A program made the translations under genes and the position numbers. A DNA stretch of 64,000 nt. Source: an uncultured Spirochaetota bacterium (lineage in GTDB: Bacteria; Spirochaetota; Spirochaetia; SZUA-6; Fen-1364). Positions 33,606 through 44,292 of this stretch are shown in pieces. Position 1 is the stretch's first letter. Each line of letters opens with the position of its first letter. Where the stretch lies: positions 196,473-260,472 of the forward strand of contig CAVUXE010000015.1 in NCBI GenBank assembly GCA_963745235.1. Reading direction: 5' to 3'. The notes under the pieces are model-generated. The model was not told the origin of the DNA and did not search any database. It saw only the letters and a list, made by a program, of their open reading frames with translations.

Positions 33606-35585
33606 TCAGCTCAGCATCACCTGACCGCCGGTGACCGGCAGGGCCTGCCCTGTCTCATACTCCTGCTCCACGAGGTACAGGATGGCCCGCATGACGTCTT
33701 CCACCCGGCAGCCCCGGCCCATGGGGACCCGGGTCTCGTACGACCTGCGGACCTCCTCCACGGTTTTCGCCCCGGGGACCTTCCCCGCCTTCAGATACTG
33801 GACGAAAAGGCCTGTCTTCGGATCCGACCAGAGCGGCCCCTCGAAGAAGTTCCCCGGGCAGATGGCATTCACCTTGATCCCGTGTTCCACCAGCTCCAGC
33901 GCAAAGGACTGGGTGAGGCCAATGCCCCCGAACTTGCTGCCGGCATAGGCGAAGTTCTTGTTGCTCCCCTCCAGCCCGGACTTGGAGTTGATCTCAATGA
34001 TGTCCGTGGAGCGGCCGGATGCGAACCTGCGCTGCAGCTTCATGAGGGGGACGAGGTGTTTCACGCTGAGGAAGTACCCGGTGTAATTGACCCGGGTGAC
34101 GAAATCAAACGACTCGGGCGTCATCTCCTCCAGGGAACCGGCCTTGAGCACTCCGGCGTTGCTCACCAGGAGGTCCAGCCCGCCGAACCCCGTGGCACAT
34201 TCACGGGCAAGGTCCTGCAGCGAGGCGGGGTCCGTGACGTCCGCCCGCAAGAACAGGGCGCGGTTGGCCGCGCCGGATGCCGCCGCCAGGGCGTTCAGCT
34301 CCTCCGCACAGGCCCGGCCCGCCGGCTCGTTGAGGTCCGCAACAACGACGTTCGCCCCCTCCCGAAAGAGTCCCTCCGCGATCCCTTTCCCGAATCCCTG
34401 GGCAGCGCCGGTGACGAGGGCAATCCTGCCGTCCACCCGCCGCCGTGCGGAGCCGCTCTTCGCGACTTTCCGCCGGTAGTTCTCCACTTCCCACGTGTCA
34501 ATGAACTCTATGTCCCGGGCAGACAGGAACTTCGGGCCGCCGAAGCTCTCTGAGAGCCAGCTCACCTTCATGAGGTCCTCGAAGACATCGAGGCAGGTCT
34601 CCACCGAACGCTTGGTGTCTTCCACCGCGACCAGTCCGAGCCCTCCGATCATGAGCATCTTGGGCGGGTAGCCCCAGCGCTTTCGAAACTCTTCCAGCTT
34701 TGCCGGGAAGGCTGAGAGGGCCTCTTCCGGATCCTTCGTGAAATCCACGAACAGGGGGGCGGACTTGCAATACACGATATCGTCCGGCATGAAGGGAAGG
34801 GAGATCTTTTCCCTGTTCTCGGGACGCAGGAAGTGCTCAACGAGAGTGGAGTTGCGGACCGCGGCAACCTTGGCCGTCTCCCCCGCGGAAAGGAGCATCC
34901 GCAGGGCAGGCACAATCCGGGTCACCGCGGCCGGGACCGGGAGCGCCTGGATGGAAAGCGGCTTTCGATGCTTCCCCCGGATCTTCGACAGCACGTCATC
35001 CGTGAGGGCGCGGATCTCCGCCGTGGTATCAGCGGCAACCACGAGGCCGTGGTTTCGCATCAGCACGATGTGCGGCTGCCCGCCGCGGCTCTTCCTGTAC
35101 CGGCCAAGCTCATCGAACATGAGCTTTGCGAGCCGGTAGCCGGGATCCGTGTAGGGCACGAGGAGCGCGGAATCACCGAAAAGGGACTGGACTTCCTTTT
35201 CCGCGTCCTTTGCGCACAGCAGGCCGTTGACCTCGCAGGCATGGGTGTGGACCACGTAGCGCCATTCCAGCATCTCGTGGAGCGAGCTTTCCACGGAGGG
35301 GCGCCCGCCCTTCTCCGGCTCGGTCCTGCTGGCCATCAGCTCATTCTTGATCTGATCTTCGCGCTGGAAGGGATCATCGCTGTAGGTGCGGGAGAGGATC
35401 TGGCGCACCGAGGCGCGTGACAGCTCCACGAACCCCTCCGCGGTGATGTCACGGAGACCCACTCCGCTCGCCTTGATGGCAATCCGCGCGTCGTCCTTGA
35501 CGGAGGTGTTGCCTCCGCCCGCGATCGTGAAATCGTTCCCTCTCCCGTAGAAGCGGGATATCTCGATGAGCTCGTTCAGGTCCAT
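33606..35585 (-). CDS. Bifunctional class II aldolase / short-chain dehydrogenase (RhaD/RhaEW-like)
   Basis: GGGNTSVK, PSVESSLH, VVHTH and NHG aldolase motifs; TGAAQGFG, SNAG and YAGSK SDR motifs. Confidence 0.88.
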   Translation of the reverse strand: MDLNELIEISRFYGRGNDFTIAGGGNTSVKDDARIAIKASGVGLRDITAEGFVELSRASVRQILSRTYSDDPFQREDQIKNELMASRTEPEKGGRPSVESSLHEMLEWRYVVHTHACEVNGLLCAKDAEKEVQSLFGDSALLVPYTDPGYRLAKLMFDELGRYRKSRGGQPHIVLMRNHGLVVAADTTAEIRALTDDVLSKIRGKHRKPLSIQALPVPAAVTRIVPALRMLLSAGETAKVAAVRNSTLVEHFLRPENREKISLPFMPDDIVYCKSAPLFVDFTKDPEEALSAFPAKLEEFRKRWGYPPKMLMIGGLGLVAVEDTKRSVETCLDVFEDLMKVSWLSESFGGPKFLSARDIEFIDTWEVENYRRKVAKSGSARRRVDGRIALVTGAAQGFGKGIAEGLFREGANVVVADLNEPAGRACAEELNALAAASGAANRALFLRADVTDPASLQDLARECATGFGGLDLLVSNAGVLKAGSLEEMTPESFDFVTRVNYTGYFLSVKHLVPLMKLQRRFASGRSTDIIEINSKSGLEGSNKNFAYAGSKFGGIGLTQSFALELVEHGIKVNAICPGNFFEGPLWSDPKTGLFVQYLKAGKVPGAKTVEEVRRSYETRVPMGRGCRVEDVMRAILYLVEQEYETGQALPVTGGQVMLS

Positions 35586-35594
35586 GTGTGCTCC

Positions 35595-36866
35595 CTAGCG
35601 GCGTTGCGCGAGGACTGTCCTCTCGTATTCGTCGACTTTTTCCATCCATGAGAGACCCGCCGGGACTCCCTGTGCCCGGCAGAACTGGTCCCAGACCGCC
35701 CCGTAGGGCAGGTCCTTGACCTCTTCCATCATGGCCAGCCGGGCCGTGTTGTTCCCCGAGGCCTCCTCCTTCTTCAGCAGCTCCGATGGCTCCAGGAACG
35801 CCAGGAGGATTGCCTTCAGGGTCGCCCGCGAGCCGATGACCCACGCGGCAACCCGGTTGATGCTCGCGTCAAAGTAGTCCAGCGCGACATGCACCCTTCC
35901 CCAGGCGTCGGCCCGCGCCACTTCCTGCGCCACGGCCTTCACCTCGTCTCCCAGGATCACCACGTGGTCGCTGTCCCACCGGACCCCGCGGCTCACGTGC
36001 AGGAGCACCTCGGGAACGAAAAGCAGGATTGCGGAGACCTTGTCAGCCACGGACTCCGTGGGATGGTAATGCCCCATATCCACGGTGAGCATGATGTTGT
36101 TCTTCGCCGCGTAGCCCAGGTAGAACTCGTGCGAGCCCACCACGTAACTCTCCGACCCGATGCCGAACAGCTTCCCCTCCAGGGCATCCTTCATGCAGCG
36201 CGGGTCGTGTTTCTCCGCGAAGATCCTGTCCAGGGACTCCTTGAGAAAGGCGCGCGGCGCAAGTCTGTCAGCCGGCAGGTCTTTGGATCCGTCCTGGATC
36301 CACAGGTCCACCATGCATGCCGTGCCCAGCTCCCGGCCCATGACCTCGGCGATGTCACGGCACCGCAAGGTGTGGGCCACCCAGAAGTCCCGTACCTTCC
36401 TGTCCCGCGAGGAAAGGGTGAAACCGGATTCCGCCATGGGATGGCTGAAATACGTCTCGTTCATGTCCAGACCGATGCCCAGCTTCTTTGCCCAGGAGAT
36501 CCAGGGGCTGAAGAGCTCCGGTGTCAGTGCGTCACGGTCAACCCTGCGGCCGCCGTATTCGGCGTATATGGAATGGAGGTTTGCGCGATGGCGCCCGGGG
36601 ATCAGTGAGAATGCCATCTCGTAATCGGCGCGCAGCTCAGCCGGCGTGCGCGCCTTGCCGGGATAGTTTCCCGTGGCCTGGATGCCCCCTCCGTACAGCC
36701 CGCCCCCCTCGAACCCTCCCACATCGTCGCCCTGCCAGCAATGGAGGGACAGGGGAATATCCGCAAGGGCCGCGAGCGCCTTGTCAGTATCGATTCCCCA
36801 GAGGGCATACGTCTTCTTCGCCGTCTCGTAATTACGGCCGATCGCTTCCTCGGTGAGCTTCTGCAT
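35595..36866 (-). CDS. rhaA: L-rhamnose isomerase
   Basis: SLHCWQGDDV, GNYPGKAR, KLFGIGSESY, HVSRGVRWDSDHV and DYFDASINR. Confidence 0.95.
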   Translation of the reverse strand: MQKLTEEAIGRNYETAKKTYALWGIDTDKALAALADIPLSLHCWQGDDVGGFEGGGLYGGGIQATGNYPGKARTPAELRADYEMAFSLIPGRHRANLHSIYAEYGGRRVDRDALTPELFSPWISWAKKLGIGLDMNETYFSHPMAESGFTLSSRDRKVRDFWVAHTLRCRDIAEVMGRELGTACMVDLWIQDGSKDLPADRLAPRAFLKESLDRIFAEKHDPRCMKDALEGKLFGIGSESYVVGSHEFYLGYAAKNNIMLTVDMGHYHPTESVADKVSAILLFVPEVLLHVSRGVRWDSDHVVILGDEVKAVAQEVARADAWGRVHVALDYFDASINRVAAWVIGSRATLKAILLAFLEPSELLKKEEASGNNTARLAMMEEVKDLPYGAVWDQFCRAQGVPAGLSWMEKVDEYERTVLAQRR

Positions 36867-36890
36867 GCCGAAAGCATAGGGCGCGGAGAA

Positions 36891-38204
36891 TCAGTTGGTC
36901 AATGCGGCGATTGCGGCCCCCAGAAGGGGCGCGTCCCTGCCGGCAGTGATCTCCCAGGCGCGCTGGCGTTCCCCGGTCAGGAGCCTGCCCAGGTGCGACT
37001 GCACGCGCTTGTCGAAGGATGCAAGCTCCCAATAGGTGGTTCCGTCAACCGTAACGCACACCGGGACCTCCGGGTCCCTGCCTTTGCCGGTCTTGAGGAT
37101 CACCGCGGAAATGGTGATTGCCACCAGGACGGAGGCGCGCTCCACGAGGGCATCCAGGAGGCTCACCATGTCCCGCCTGTCATCGGCGGGAAGACCAACG
37201 CTGACAGCGCCCAGCGGATTGTCCGCGCTGTCGGGGTGAAGGAGGAAGTTGTTGAAGTCCCTGGTGGAGAGCTCGTTGACAGAACCGAGCGCTCGGACCG
37301 CACCGGGGGAAAAACAGCCCGCGGCGGCCGCCTGCTGCATGGCAATCAGCCCCAGGTGACCAAGATATGCGCCGGAAATCATCTTCTCATGCCGGTACCT
37401 GGACGGCGTTGCGGTTGTGGCGTCGTACATGTCATCGATGGCTCCGGAGGGTGAGAGGGCGAATGATCCGGACTCCGTGTTCACGACCTGGGACCCGGAT
37501 TGATCCAGCCCCGCCAGCTTGCGGATGTTCCGGTTTCCCTCGACATACGAAGCGTTGAAACCGGTCCCGCAGACGATCCCGATGAAGTCATCGAAGCTGT
37601 GGCCGGGGATGGCGTTCCTGCCGGCAAGGAGCGTTGCCGCGGTGTCGTTGAGGAGCACGACCTTCGGAGGACGACGCGCTCCCGCCCGTTCCAGCGCCTG
37701 GGAAAGGTTCTTCCCGATGAGCTGGCCGTCCACGCCGCGCGCCTTCACCTCCTTGGTGAAATTGATCAGCTTCCCGTCCTTGTCCGGCAGCATCTCCGCG
37801 GGATAGGAGAAGCAGAACCCGATCCTGTCCGAACGGCCGGGAAGGGGCATCACGTACTCCGCGAGCGTCCGAAAGAACTCCTCCTTGCCTATCTCTTCAT
37901 CGATCCCCGGCATGCGGTGACGGGCAAGGTCCTCCACCACGGCCTTTCCTGACTGGTCGAATGTCACAGCCGCGACCCGCAGGTTCGTACCGCCGGCGTC
38001 CAGCGCAATCACCGGCTGGCCGCGAGGCACCTCCTGCGCGGTCTCGATGTACGTGGGGATCATCACCAGGGAAGACGGCTCCCCGTTCAGGCCCCGGGTC
38101 ATCTCCGCCAGGAAATCATCACAGCACTTTCCCGCGTCGATTGCCGCGAAGTGCATGCGTCTGGCTGAAAGGAACTCCTCGATGGACAGGCGCTCGGGGG
38201 GCAT
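36891..38204 (-). CDS. Hexokinase (eukaryote-type Hexokinase_1/2 family)
   Basis: ALDAGGTNLR, GFCFSYP, FTKE, NDTAAT, GTGFNASY and EKMISGAYLG. Confidence 0.9.
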   Translation of the reverse strand: MPPERLSIEEFLSARRMHFAAIDAGKCCDDFLAEMTRGLNGEPSSLVMIPTYIETAQEVPRGQPVIALDAGGTNLRVAAVTFDQSGKAVVEDLARHRMPGIDEEIGKEEFFRTLAEYVMPLPGRSDRIGFCFSYPAEMLPDKDGKLINFTKEVKARGVDGQLIGKNLSQALERAGARRPPKVVLLNDTAATLLAGRNAIPGHSFDDFIGIVCGTGFNASYVEGNRNIRKLAGLDQSGSQVVNTESGSFALSPSGAIDDMYDATTATPSRYRHEKMISGAYLGHLGLIAMQQAAAAGCFSPGAVRALGSVNELSTRDFNNFLLHPDSADNPLGAVSVGLPADDRRDMVSLLDALVERASVLVAITISAVILKTGKGRDPEVPVCVTVDGTTYWELASFDKRVQSHLGRLLTGERQRAWEITAGRDAPLLGAAIAALTN

Positions 38205-38214
38205 GGGGCAGAGC

Positions 38215-39569
38215 CTACCCGGCCGCTGCCTTCCTGTCCAGAGAGCCTGCGGTCCCCGCGAACGCCGCGGCCTCCGCAAGATAGCCCACCGCCTCCTGCA
38301 GCCGGCCAGTCTCTTCGTAGCCGTAGGAAAAGCGAAGCTGGCGCATTCCGGCTTCCACCATGGCGCCCTTCGGGTGCACGCAGAACTCGCCGGGGATGTA
38401 GGCGACCCTCGGGAGCCTGCCCTCCGTCGGGCCATCAACGCTCTCGTTTCCCGTGGTCCGCGCAAGACAGCGGAAGAACGGGGACCCCTCGCCCGTGCAG
38501 ATCCCGCGAAGGGTCAGATAATAGTAGAAGCTCGCCTGCCCCCCCCGACATTCCTCCAGGGAGGCTCCGAGGGCGGAGTCGAGCCATCCCTTCACGGCGA
38601 GGGCTTTCTGGCGATACCCGCGGTTGACCCTTTCGAGCTGCCTGTCGATGACGTGATCCAGGAGCCAGCTCGCGATCTCCTGGTTGATGAGCGGCGCGCT
38701 GAAGCCCGCGTCGCTGGTGCGCTGGATCATGGCCTGGAGGAAAGGGCCGTCGGGGCCAATCATGTAGCCGATCCGCAGCCCGGGGCGATGATCTTCGAAA
38801 GCGTCCCGACCTCCAGCACCACTCCCAGGTCGTCATCCAGAAAGCCGGAGCGCGGCTTTTCCACGGCGGGGTCGTGGATGAGGTCTTCATACGCCTTGTC
38901 CAGGACGAGCGGGACGATGCGCCCCAGCTTCCGGGAAAGGTCCATGGCCAGGCGCACCAGCCCGGTGCGCTCGCGATTGGCAATGATGGTTGCGCTGGGG
39001 TTGTTCACCGTGACGACGTACAGGAAGCTCAGGTCCGAGACTGACGAGCCCAACGCATCGATCCGTGAGGCGACATCCTCCGCGTGAAGGCCGTCCCCGC
39101 GCTCGGGGACGGTGACCACCGTGAAGCCGGCGCGCTCCAGGAAGTCGGTGTAGATGTAGTACATGGGATCAGAGGTGACGACGATGCCCGGGCGCAGCAC
39201 ATGGGCCATGCCCTCCAGCAGGCTCGTTGCGCCGTCCGGTCCCACGATGATCTGCTTGCGGGACAGGACCTCCTTGCTCACACCGCCGATCCCCCGCGAG
39301 AGGTAATACTGCCTGATGGAGTCGATCAGGCGCGCGGAGCCCTGCGGCCCGCCATAGTTGAGGGAAGAGCGGTACGTGCGCGGATGGGAGAGGACCTCCG
39401 CGAGCGCTTTGCGAATGAGCGCGCGGGGGATTGTATTCTCGTTCACGTATCCAACGCCGAGGTTGATGTCGATCCCTTCCCGGAAGTCCGATGCAAAGGA
39501 TGACATCATGCGGTTCACAGGAGAGGGCTCGCGGGACAAGGTGCCGTACTTTGAGAGGTGAGCTTCCAT
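38215..39569 (-). CDS. PLP-dependent class I/II aminotransferase (frameshift near 38785)
   Basis: DPMYY, NNPSA, DKAY and [10 protein letters not shown]. Confidence 0.8.
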
Positions 39570-39602
39570 GGATGGCATTCTACAGGAAAACCGGGCCTCG
39601 CG

Positions 39603-40415
39603 TCACACGCCGAGGCGTTCCTTGAGGATGTCCCGCATTGCGCGGTTGATCTCCCAGAGATCCACGAGTGGCCGGCGCGTTCCCGGAAACGTCACCTGGT
39701 AGTCGGGGGGCCCGAACTCGGGGCAGATGGTGAGCACCTCGGCCCCTGCGCGGACCCGGCTGTCCATGATGGCTTTCCACCACGCAACGTGCCTGTCCAG
39801 GGCATTGCGCCACTCCGGCGCCCGCGGGTCGGTCACCTGCGGCCCCTGGGCGTGGCCAACACGGGCGTGGATGTGCCGGCTCACGGAAATTGCCCGGGCC
39901 ACCTGCGGCCCCAGGTCGTCCAGGAGGGACTCGTGAACGCAGCACCAGTGGGAGAAATCCGCCGTGAGCCGCACCTGCGGGGCGGCATCCAGGAGCGCCA
40001 TTGTGGCGGGCACAGAGAAAGTGGGCCGTCCCCGGTGCGTCTCATGGACAACGGGGATCCCCACTTCCGCCTCGAGCTTCCCGGCCTTCTGGAAAACCGC
40101 CAGGTTCTCCACGAGCGGGAAAACATCCCGGCCCGTATGCGAGTTGACGAAAAGAGGCGCCACTTCCCCGGCCCGACGGTACTGCTCCTCGAAGCTGCGG
40201 GCGTGAGCGGCGCCGTCCGCGCCGGTTGTCCACTGCTGGGCAATCAGCCCGAGGCCCAGCTCATCCAGGCGGACGCGCAGCCGGGTGCGCTCCCGCGCCT
40301 CGACCGGCACCCCGGTCTCAACACCCTTGAATCCCGCTTCACGCGCAAGCTCCAGATTGTCATCAAGGGACTTGCCCGGCATTCCCCACGTGGCGCAGAA
40401 CCACAGGATTTCCAT
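39603..40415 (-). CDS. Sugar phosphate isomerase/epimerase (AP2-endonuclease TIM barrel)
   Basis: HETHR, DFSHW, HIHARVG and PEFGP. Confidence 0.85.
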   Translation of the reverse strand: MEILWFCATWGMPGKSLDDNLELAREAGFKGVETGVPVEARERTRLRVRLDELGLGLIAQQWTTGADGAAHARSFEEQYRRAGEVAPLFVNSHTGRDVFPLVENLAVFQKAGKLEAEVGIPVVHETHRGRPTFSVPATMALLDAAPQVRLTADFSHWCCVHESLLDDLGPQVARAISVSRHIHARVGHAQGPQVTDPRAPEWRNALDRHVAWWKAIMDSRVRAGAEVLTICPEFGPPDYQVTFPGTRRPLVDLWEINRAMRDILKERLGV

Positions 40416-40416
40416 G

Positions 40417-40833
40417 TCAATCCAGGTCCGCGATACGGCGGCCCCGCTTGACGCTGGACCGCAGCTTCTTGCCGCGGAGGCGCGCCTCCCGGGAGGCGCG
40501 GCTCGGACGCGTCTTCACGCGCCTGCGGGGCCTGCGAAGCGCCATGGAGACGAGATCCGACAGCCTGTCCACCGCGATCTCGCGGTTCCTGGCCTGCTCC
40601 CGCGTGTCCTGCACGGCCACCACGATCTCCCCGTCCGCGTTGATGCGGTTTGCCAGGCGCGTCTCCAGCATGCCCCTTCCCTCCTCGGTGAGGAACGACA
40701 GCGAAGAGAGGGGGAGCCGGGCCACCACCTTGGTGGCCACCTTGTTCACGTTCTGACCGCCAGGACCTCCCGAGCGGGCGTACGAGAACTGGCATCTTTC
40801 GCGGATCAGCTCGGAAAGCGCGTGGGGCGTCAC
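40417..40833 (-). CDS. arfB: Alternative ribosome-rescue peptidyl-tRNA hydrolase ArfB
   Basis: RSGGPGGQNVNKV and basic C-terminal tail. Confidence 0.92.
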   Translation of the reverse strand: MTPHALSELIRERCQFSYARSGGPGGQNVNKVATKVVARLPLSSLSFLTEEGRGMLETRLANRINADGEIVVAVQDTREQARNREIAVDRLSDLVSMALRRPRRRVKTRPSRASREARLRGKKLRSSVKRGRRIADLD

Positions 40834-42194
40834 GCGGGGATCCCGGCCGTGGCCGGCATGCGGATGGTGAAGGTGGTCCCCTCCCCGACCGCCGAGTGGA
40901 CCGAGATGTTCCATCCGTGGCTCTCGATGATGGACCTCACGGTGGTGAGTCCCAGGCCAAAGCCCTGCTCGCGGCGGGAGTTGGTCCCCCGGTAGAAAGG
41001 ATCAAAGATCCTGCCCACCTCGTCCTTCGGGATGCCGATCCCGGTGTCCATGATCGAAAGGACGACCTCCCCGATGCCCGCGGCTGCGGTCATGGTGATG
41101 GTCCCATTCTCCTCGGTGTAGCGGATGGCATTCCCCACGAGGTTTTCCAGGGCGCGGGAAAACAGGCCGGCATCCATGCGGACGCACCATGTCTCGGGGA
41201 CCTCGACTGACCAGGAGAACTCCCGCTTCAGGATCTGGGCGTCCTCAGCGAAGCGACGGGCGTTGTCCACGAGGAAGCTCCTGACCGGCACATCGCGATG
41301 CGTCATGCGCCATTCACCCGTCTCCATCTTCACGAACTCGATCAGCTCTCCGATCATGGCCTCCAGCGCGTGCGTCTTGTCGAGGATGATGGACAGGTAC
41401 TTCTTCTGGCTCTCCGGCTCCGCGGCAAACCCGTCGGAGATGGCCTCGACGTACCCCTGGATGAGCGTCAGCGGGGTGCGAAGGTCGTGCGACACCCCCA
41501 TGATGAACCGCGAGCGCCGCGCGTATTCTTCCTTGAGCGCCCGGCGCATGCTGTCGAAGGACCGCGTGAGGGAGGCGATCTGGTCGTTGCCGCGCGCGGG
41601 GAGCTCGAAGTCGAGGTCTCCCTCCGCGATTCGCCGCGTCGCCCCTTCGAGCTTCAGGATGGACCTGTTGAGCGAGCGCAGGATCAGCACGCTCATGAGC
41701 GAGGAGAAGACGAGCAGCGTGACCATGCTGTACGTCACGACGAGGAGGAGCTGGTTTCTGAACGAGGCTATGTCCGGCCTGATCTTGGGCAGCTTGAGGA
41801 TGACCAGGGATTCCGCCTGGCCCTCCTCCCGCGGCGTATCGAAGGTGAAGTGATAGCTGTCCACGTTGCGGCGCATGTAGGCGAACAACCCGCTCTGCCC
41901 CGCCGGCTTTCCGGCCGGCAGCTCCGGGATGGTGGAGAAGGTGATCACGTCCGCGGGGTCCAGGATGAGGAAATCCAGCCCCGGGGGTCTGTGCTCGGCA
42001 AGCTCCCGGAAGTCATGATGCCGCACGGCGCGCGGCATCTGCGTGCGGAGCCAGGCGATGACCGTGGGGTAGTTCGGGGCGGGCTCCCTTCCCCGGGAAG
42101 ACAGGTATTGGAACATGACCACCAGCAAGCCCATCAGGATGGGCACCACGATGATCCCCGCCACCAGCAGGACGAACTGCGTCCTGAGCTTCAT
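40830..42194 (-). CDS. HAMP sensor histidine kinase
   Basis: Two TM helices, HAMP, SHDLRTPL, NAIRY, DTGIG and GLGL. Confidence 0.93.
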   Translation of the reverse strand: MKLRTQFVLLVAGIIVVPILMGLLVVMFQYLSSRGREPAPNYPTVIAWLRTQMPRAVRHHDFRELAEHRPPGLDFLILDPADVITFSTIPELPAGKPAGQSGLFAYMRRNVDSYHFTFDTPREEGQAESLVILKLPKIRPDIASFRNQLLLVVTYSMVTLLVFSSLMSVLILRSLNRSILKLEGATRRIAEGDLDFELPARGNDQIASLTRSFDSMRRALKEEYARRSRFIMGVSHDLRTPLTLIQGYVEAISDGFAAEPESQKKYLSIILDKTHALEAMIGELIEFVKMETGEWRMTHRDVPVRSFLVDNARRFAEDAQILKREFSWSVEVPETWCVRMDAGLFSRALENLVGNAIRYTEENGTITMTAAAGIGEVVLSIMDTGIGIPKDEVGRIFDPFYRGTNSRREQGFGLGLTTVRSIIESHGWNISVHSAVGEGTTFTIRMPATAGIPA

Positions 42195-42883
42195 GCGTGT
42201 ATCATCTCCCGGTTGAACCGATACCCCATCCCGTGCACGGTCTCGATGAACTGGGGAACGGTCGGGTCGGCCTCGATCTTCTTGCGCAGTCTCTGGACGT
42301 AGACGGCGACAGCCGTGATGTCCCCGTACTGGTTGCTCCACACCTGCGAATAGATGTTCTCTGGGCTCATGGCCTTCCCGGGATGCGTGGCAAGGAGGGC
42401 GAGCACTTCGAACTCCTTGGTCGAAAGCGGGATCTTCAGCGCGCCCTTTTTCAGGAGGTAGCCGTCGAGATCCAGCAGGTACTCCCCGAACTTCACGCTG
42501 TTGGCCGTCGCCTTGAGGTCGGTCGCGCGGCGCATGATGGCCCGGATGCGTGCCGTGAGCACCTTGGGTGAGAACGGCTTTGTCACGAACTCATCCGCCC
42601 CGATCCCGAGACCCAGGATCATGTCTTCGTCGGTGTCACGCGCGGAAACGATCACAACGGGCACTGCGCTGGTCTTGCGCAGCCTCTGGAGAAACTCGAA
42701 CCCGTCGATCCCCGGGAGGTTGATGTCGAGCACAACGAGGTCGAACTTTTCCTTCTCGAAGGCCTCCAGGGCCGTCTCCCCGGTCTCGAAGATCTCCGCC
42801 TCCATGCCTTCTTTCTGAAGATACAGGCGCACGAGCTCAGCCATTTCCCGCACGTCCTCGACGATAAGAACTTTTGCCTGCAT
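42191..42883 (-). CDS. OmpR-family response regulator
   Basis: IVED, LDINLP, KPF and winged-helix TVHGMGY. Confidence 0.95.
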   Translation of the reverse strand: MQAKVLIVEDVREMAELVRLYLQKEGMEAEIFETGETALEAFEKEKFDLVVLDINLPGIDGFEFLQRLRKTSAVPVVIVSARDTDEDMILGLGIGADEFVTKPFSPKVLTARIRAIMRRATDLKATANSVKFGEYLLDLDGYLLKKGALKIPLSTKEFEVLALLATHPGKAMSPENIYSQVWSNQYGDITAVAVYVQRLRKKIEADPTVPQFIETVHGMGYRFNREMIHA

Positions 42884-42958
42884 CGTTTACTTGCTCCCGA
42901 TCATTTCCTATGGTACACAACGTCGCCCCACGCTTCCATAGACGGCGCGTGAACGACG

Positions 42959-42975
42959 GATAACATTTTGTTATC
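42959..42975. promoter_or_regulatory. Perfect 7-3-7 palindrome GATAACA-TTT-TGTTATC upstream of the response regulator
   Basis: Direct sequence; AT-rich palindrome in GC-rich context. Confidence 0.45.
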
Positions 42976-44285
42976 GAGGTTTCAACGTCGCGGGCCGGGG
43001 GTCCGCGGGGTCAAGGCGCCTGCCGACCTCCGCGTAGGCCGCAATGCGCTCCGCGAGCGTCCTTGCGGCAAGTGGATTGCCGGGATGAAACAGGCCCATC
43101 CGCTCCTCCGCATCGGCAAGCCTCTCGTGGGCAATCAGGGCCCATGTGGCCTCGATGAGGTGAGCGAACTCGGGACGGGTCAGCTCGGGGCAGTTGAAGG
43201 ACTGCCGGGGGCTGTTGATGTCCACGCCGCTGATCTCCATGAACCCGTGTCGCGCGCACAGCTCCTGCACCCGGCGAAGCTGCGGGAGCGTGTTGCGGGG
43301 AGGCATGTACGTGATTGCGCGGAATCCAAGACGGCCGCACTCCACCATGAGCTCATCCAGGAAGCCGTCCTCGAACTTCTCCGCTTTCTTGTCTCCGGTC
43401 GGCGAGTCAGTCACATCCCCGAGGTACGCGTAGCAGGGGATGGCGCCCGCCTGCTCCGCAAACCGAACGGCGTCCCTCACCGGGATGCACTCGGTCTGGT
43501 CGGGCTGAACGAAGACCTTGGCAAGAAACGAGCTCTTCAAGAGCCCCAGGAGATCGTAGAGCAATGCCGGGTTCGTCTCGATCTGCGAGCCAGGTCTCCA
43601 TCCGCGGCGCAAGGGACAGCCCCAGGGAACCGCGAAGGAAGGAAACGAGCGGCTGTCCTTTGCCGACCGCGCGGACAACGTTGCGCGCCACGGCATAGAG
43701 GATGTGCCTCTCGGTGATCGAGCCGCCCTCCGCCGCCCGGGAGGCTTCCCAGACGTCGGCCCGCCAGTCCAGCGGCTCGAGGCCGTACCGGGGAAGGATT
43801 GCGCCCAGCCTTTCCACCATGACCCGGTCACGGGCTTCACGGGCGGCCTGGATGGGCTTCAGGAACCTGCCTGCCATGCCGACGCTTCGCGGGGGAATGC
43901 CGTGCACGGTCATGTACAGGACGTTCGGTGAATCGGGGTTGTTGAGCTTGCGGCCCTCCAGACGGGTGCCCGTTGCGTTCACCCGAAGCTCGAACCCGCT
44001 GGTGGTGGCGATGCCGAGGATCCTGCCGGCCTCCAGCATCTCACCGGCGCCCGCAATCGAGTCGTGATCCATGACGCCCACCGCGAGCAGGCCCGCCGCG
44101 CGGGCGCGCTCCGCCGCGGCGGCAGGGGAGTACGGGCTGAAGGAATAGAAGGTATGGACGTGGTTGTTCACCTCCCGGGTGGCGGGGGGCGCGCCGGTCT
44201 TCTTCTCTCTGGCGGCCAGCTCGCGCAACGCGGCCAGGCGGTCGGCTGCCGCTGGGGCATTGAGGGGGTTCGGAGGCTCAATCAT
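42971..44285 (-). CDS. PHP-domain metallophosphoesterase (frameshift near 43575)
   Basis: VNNHVHT, MDHD, ERH, YMPPRN and SGVDINSP. Confidence 0.8.
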
Positions 44286-44292
44286 GTCAGCG

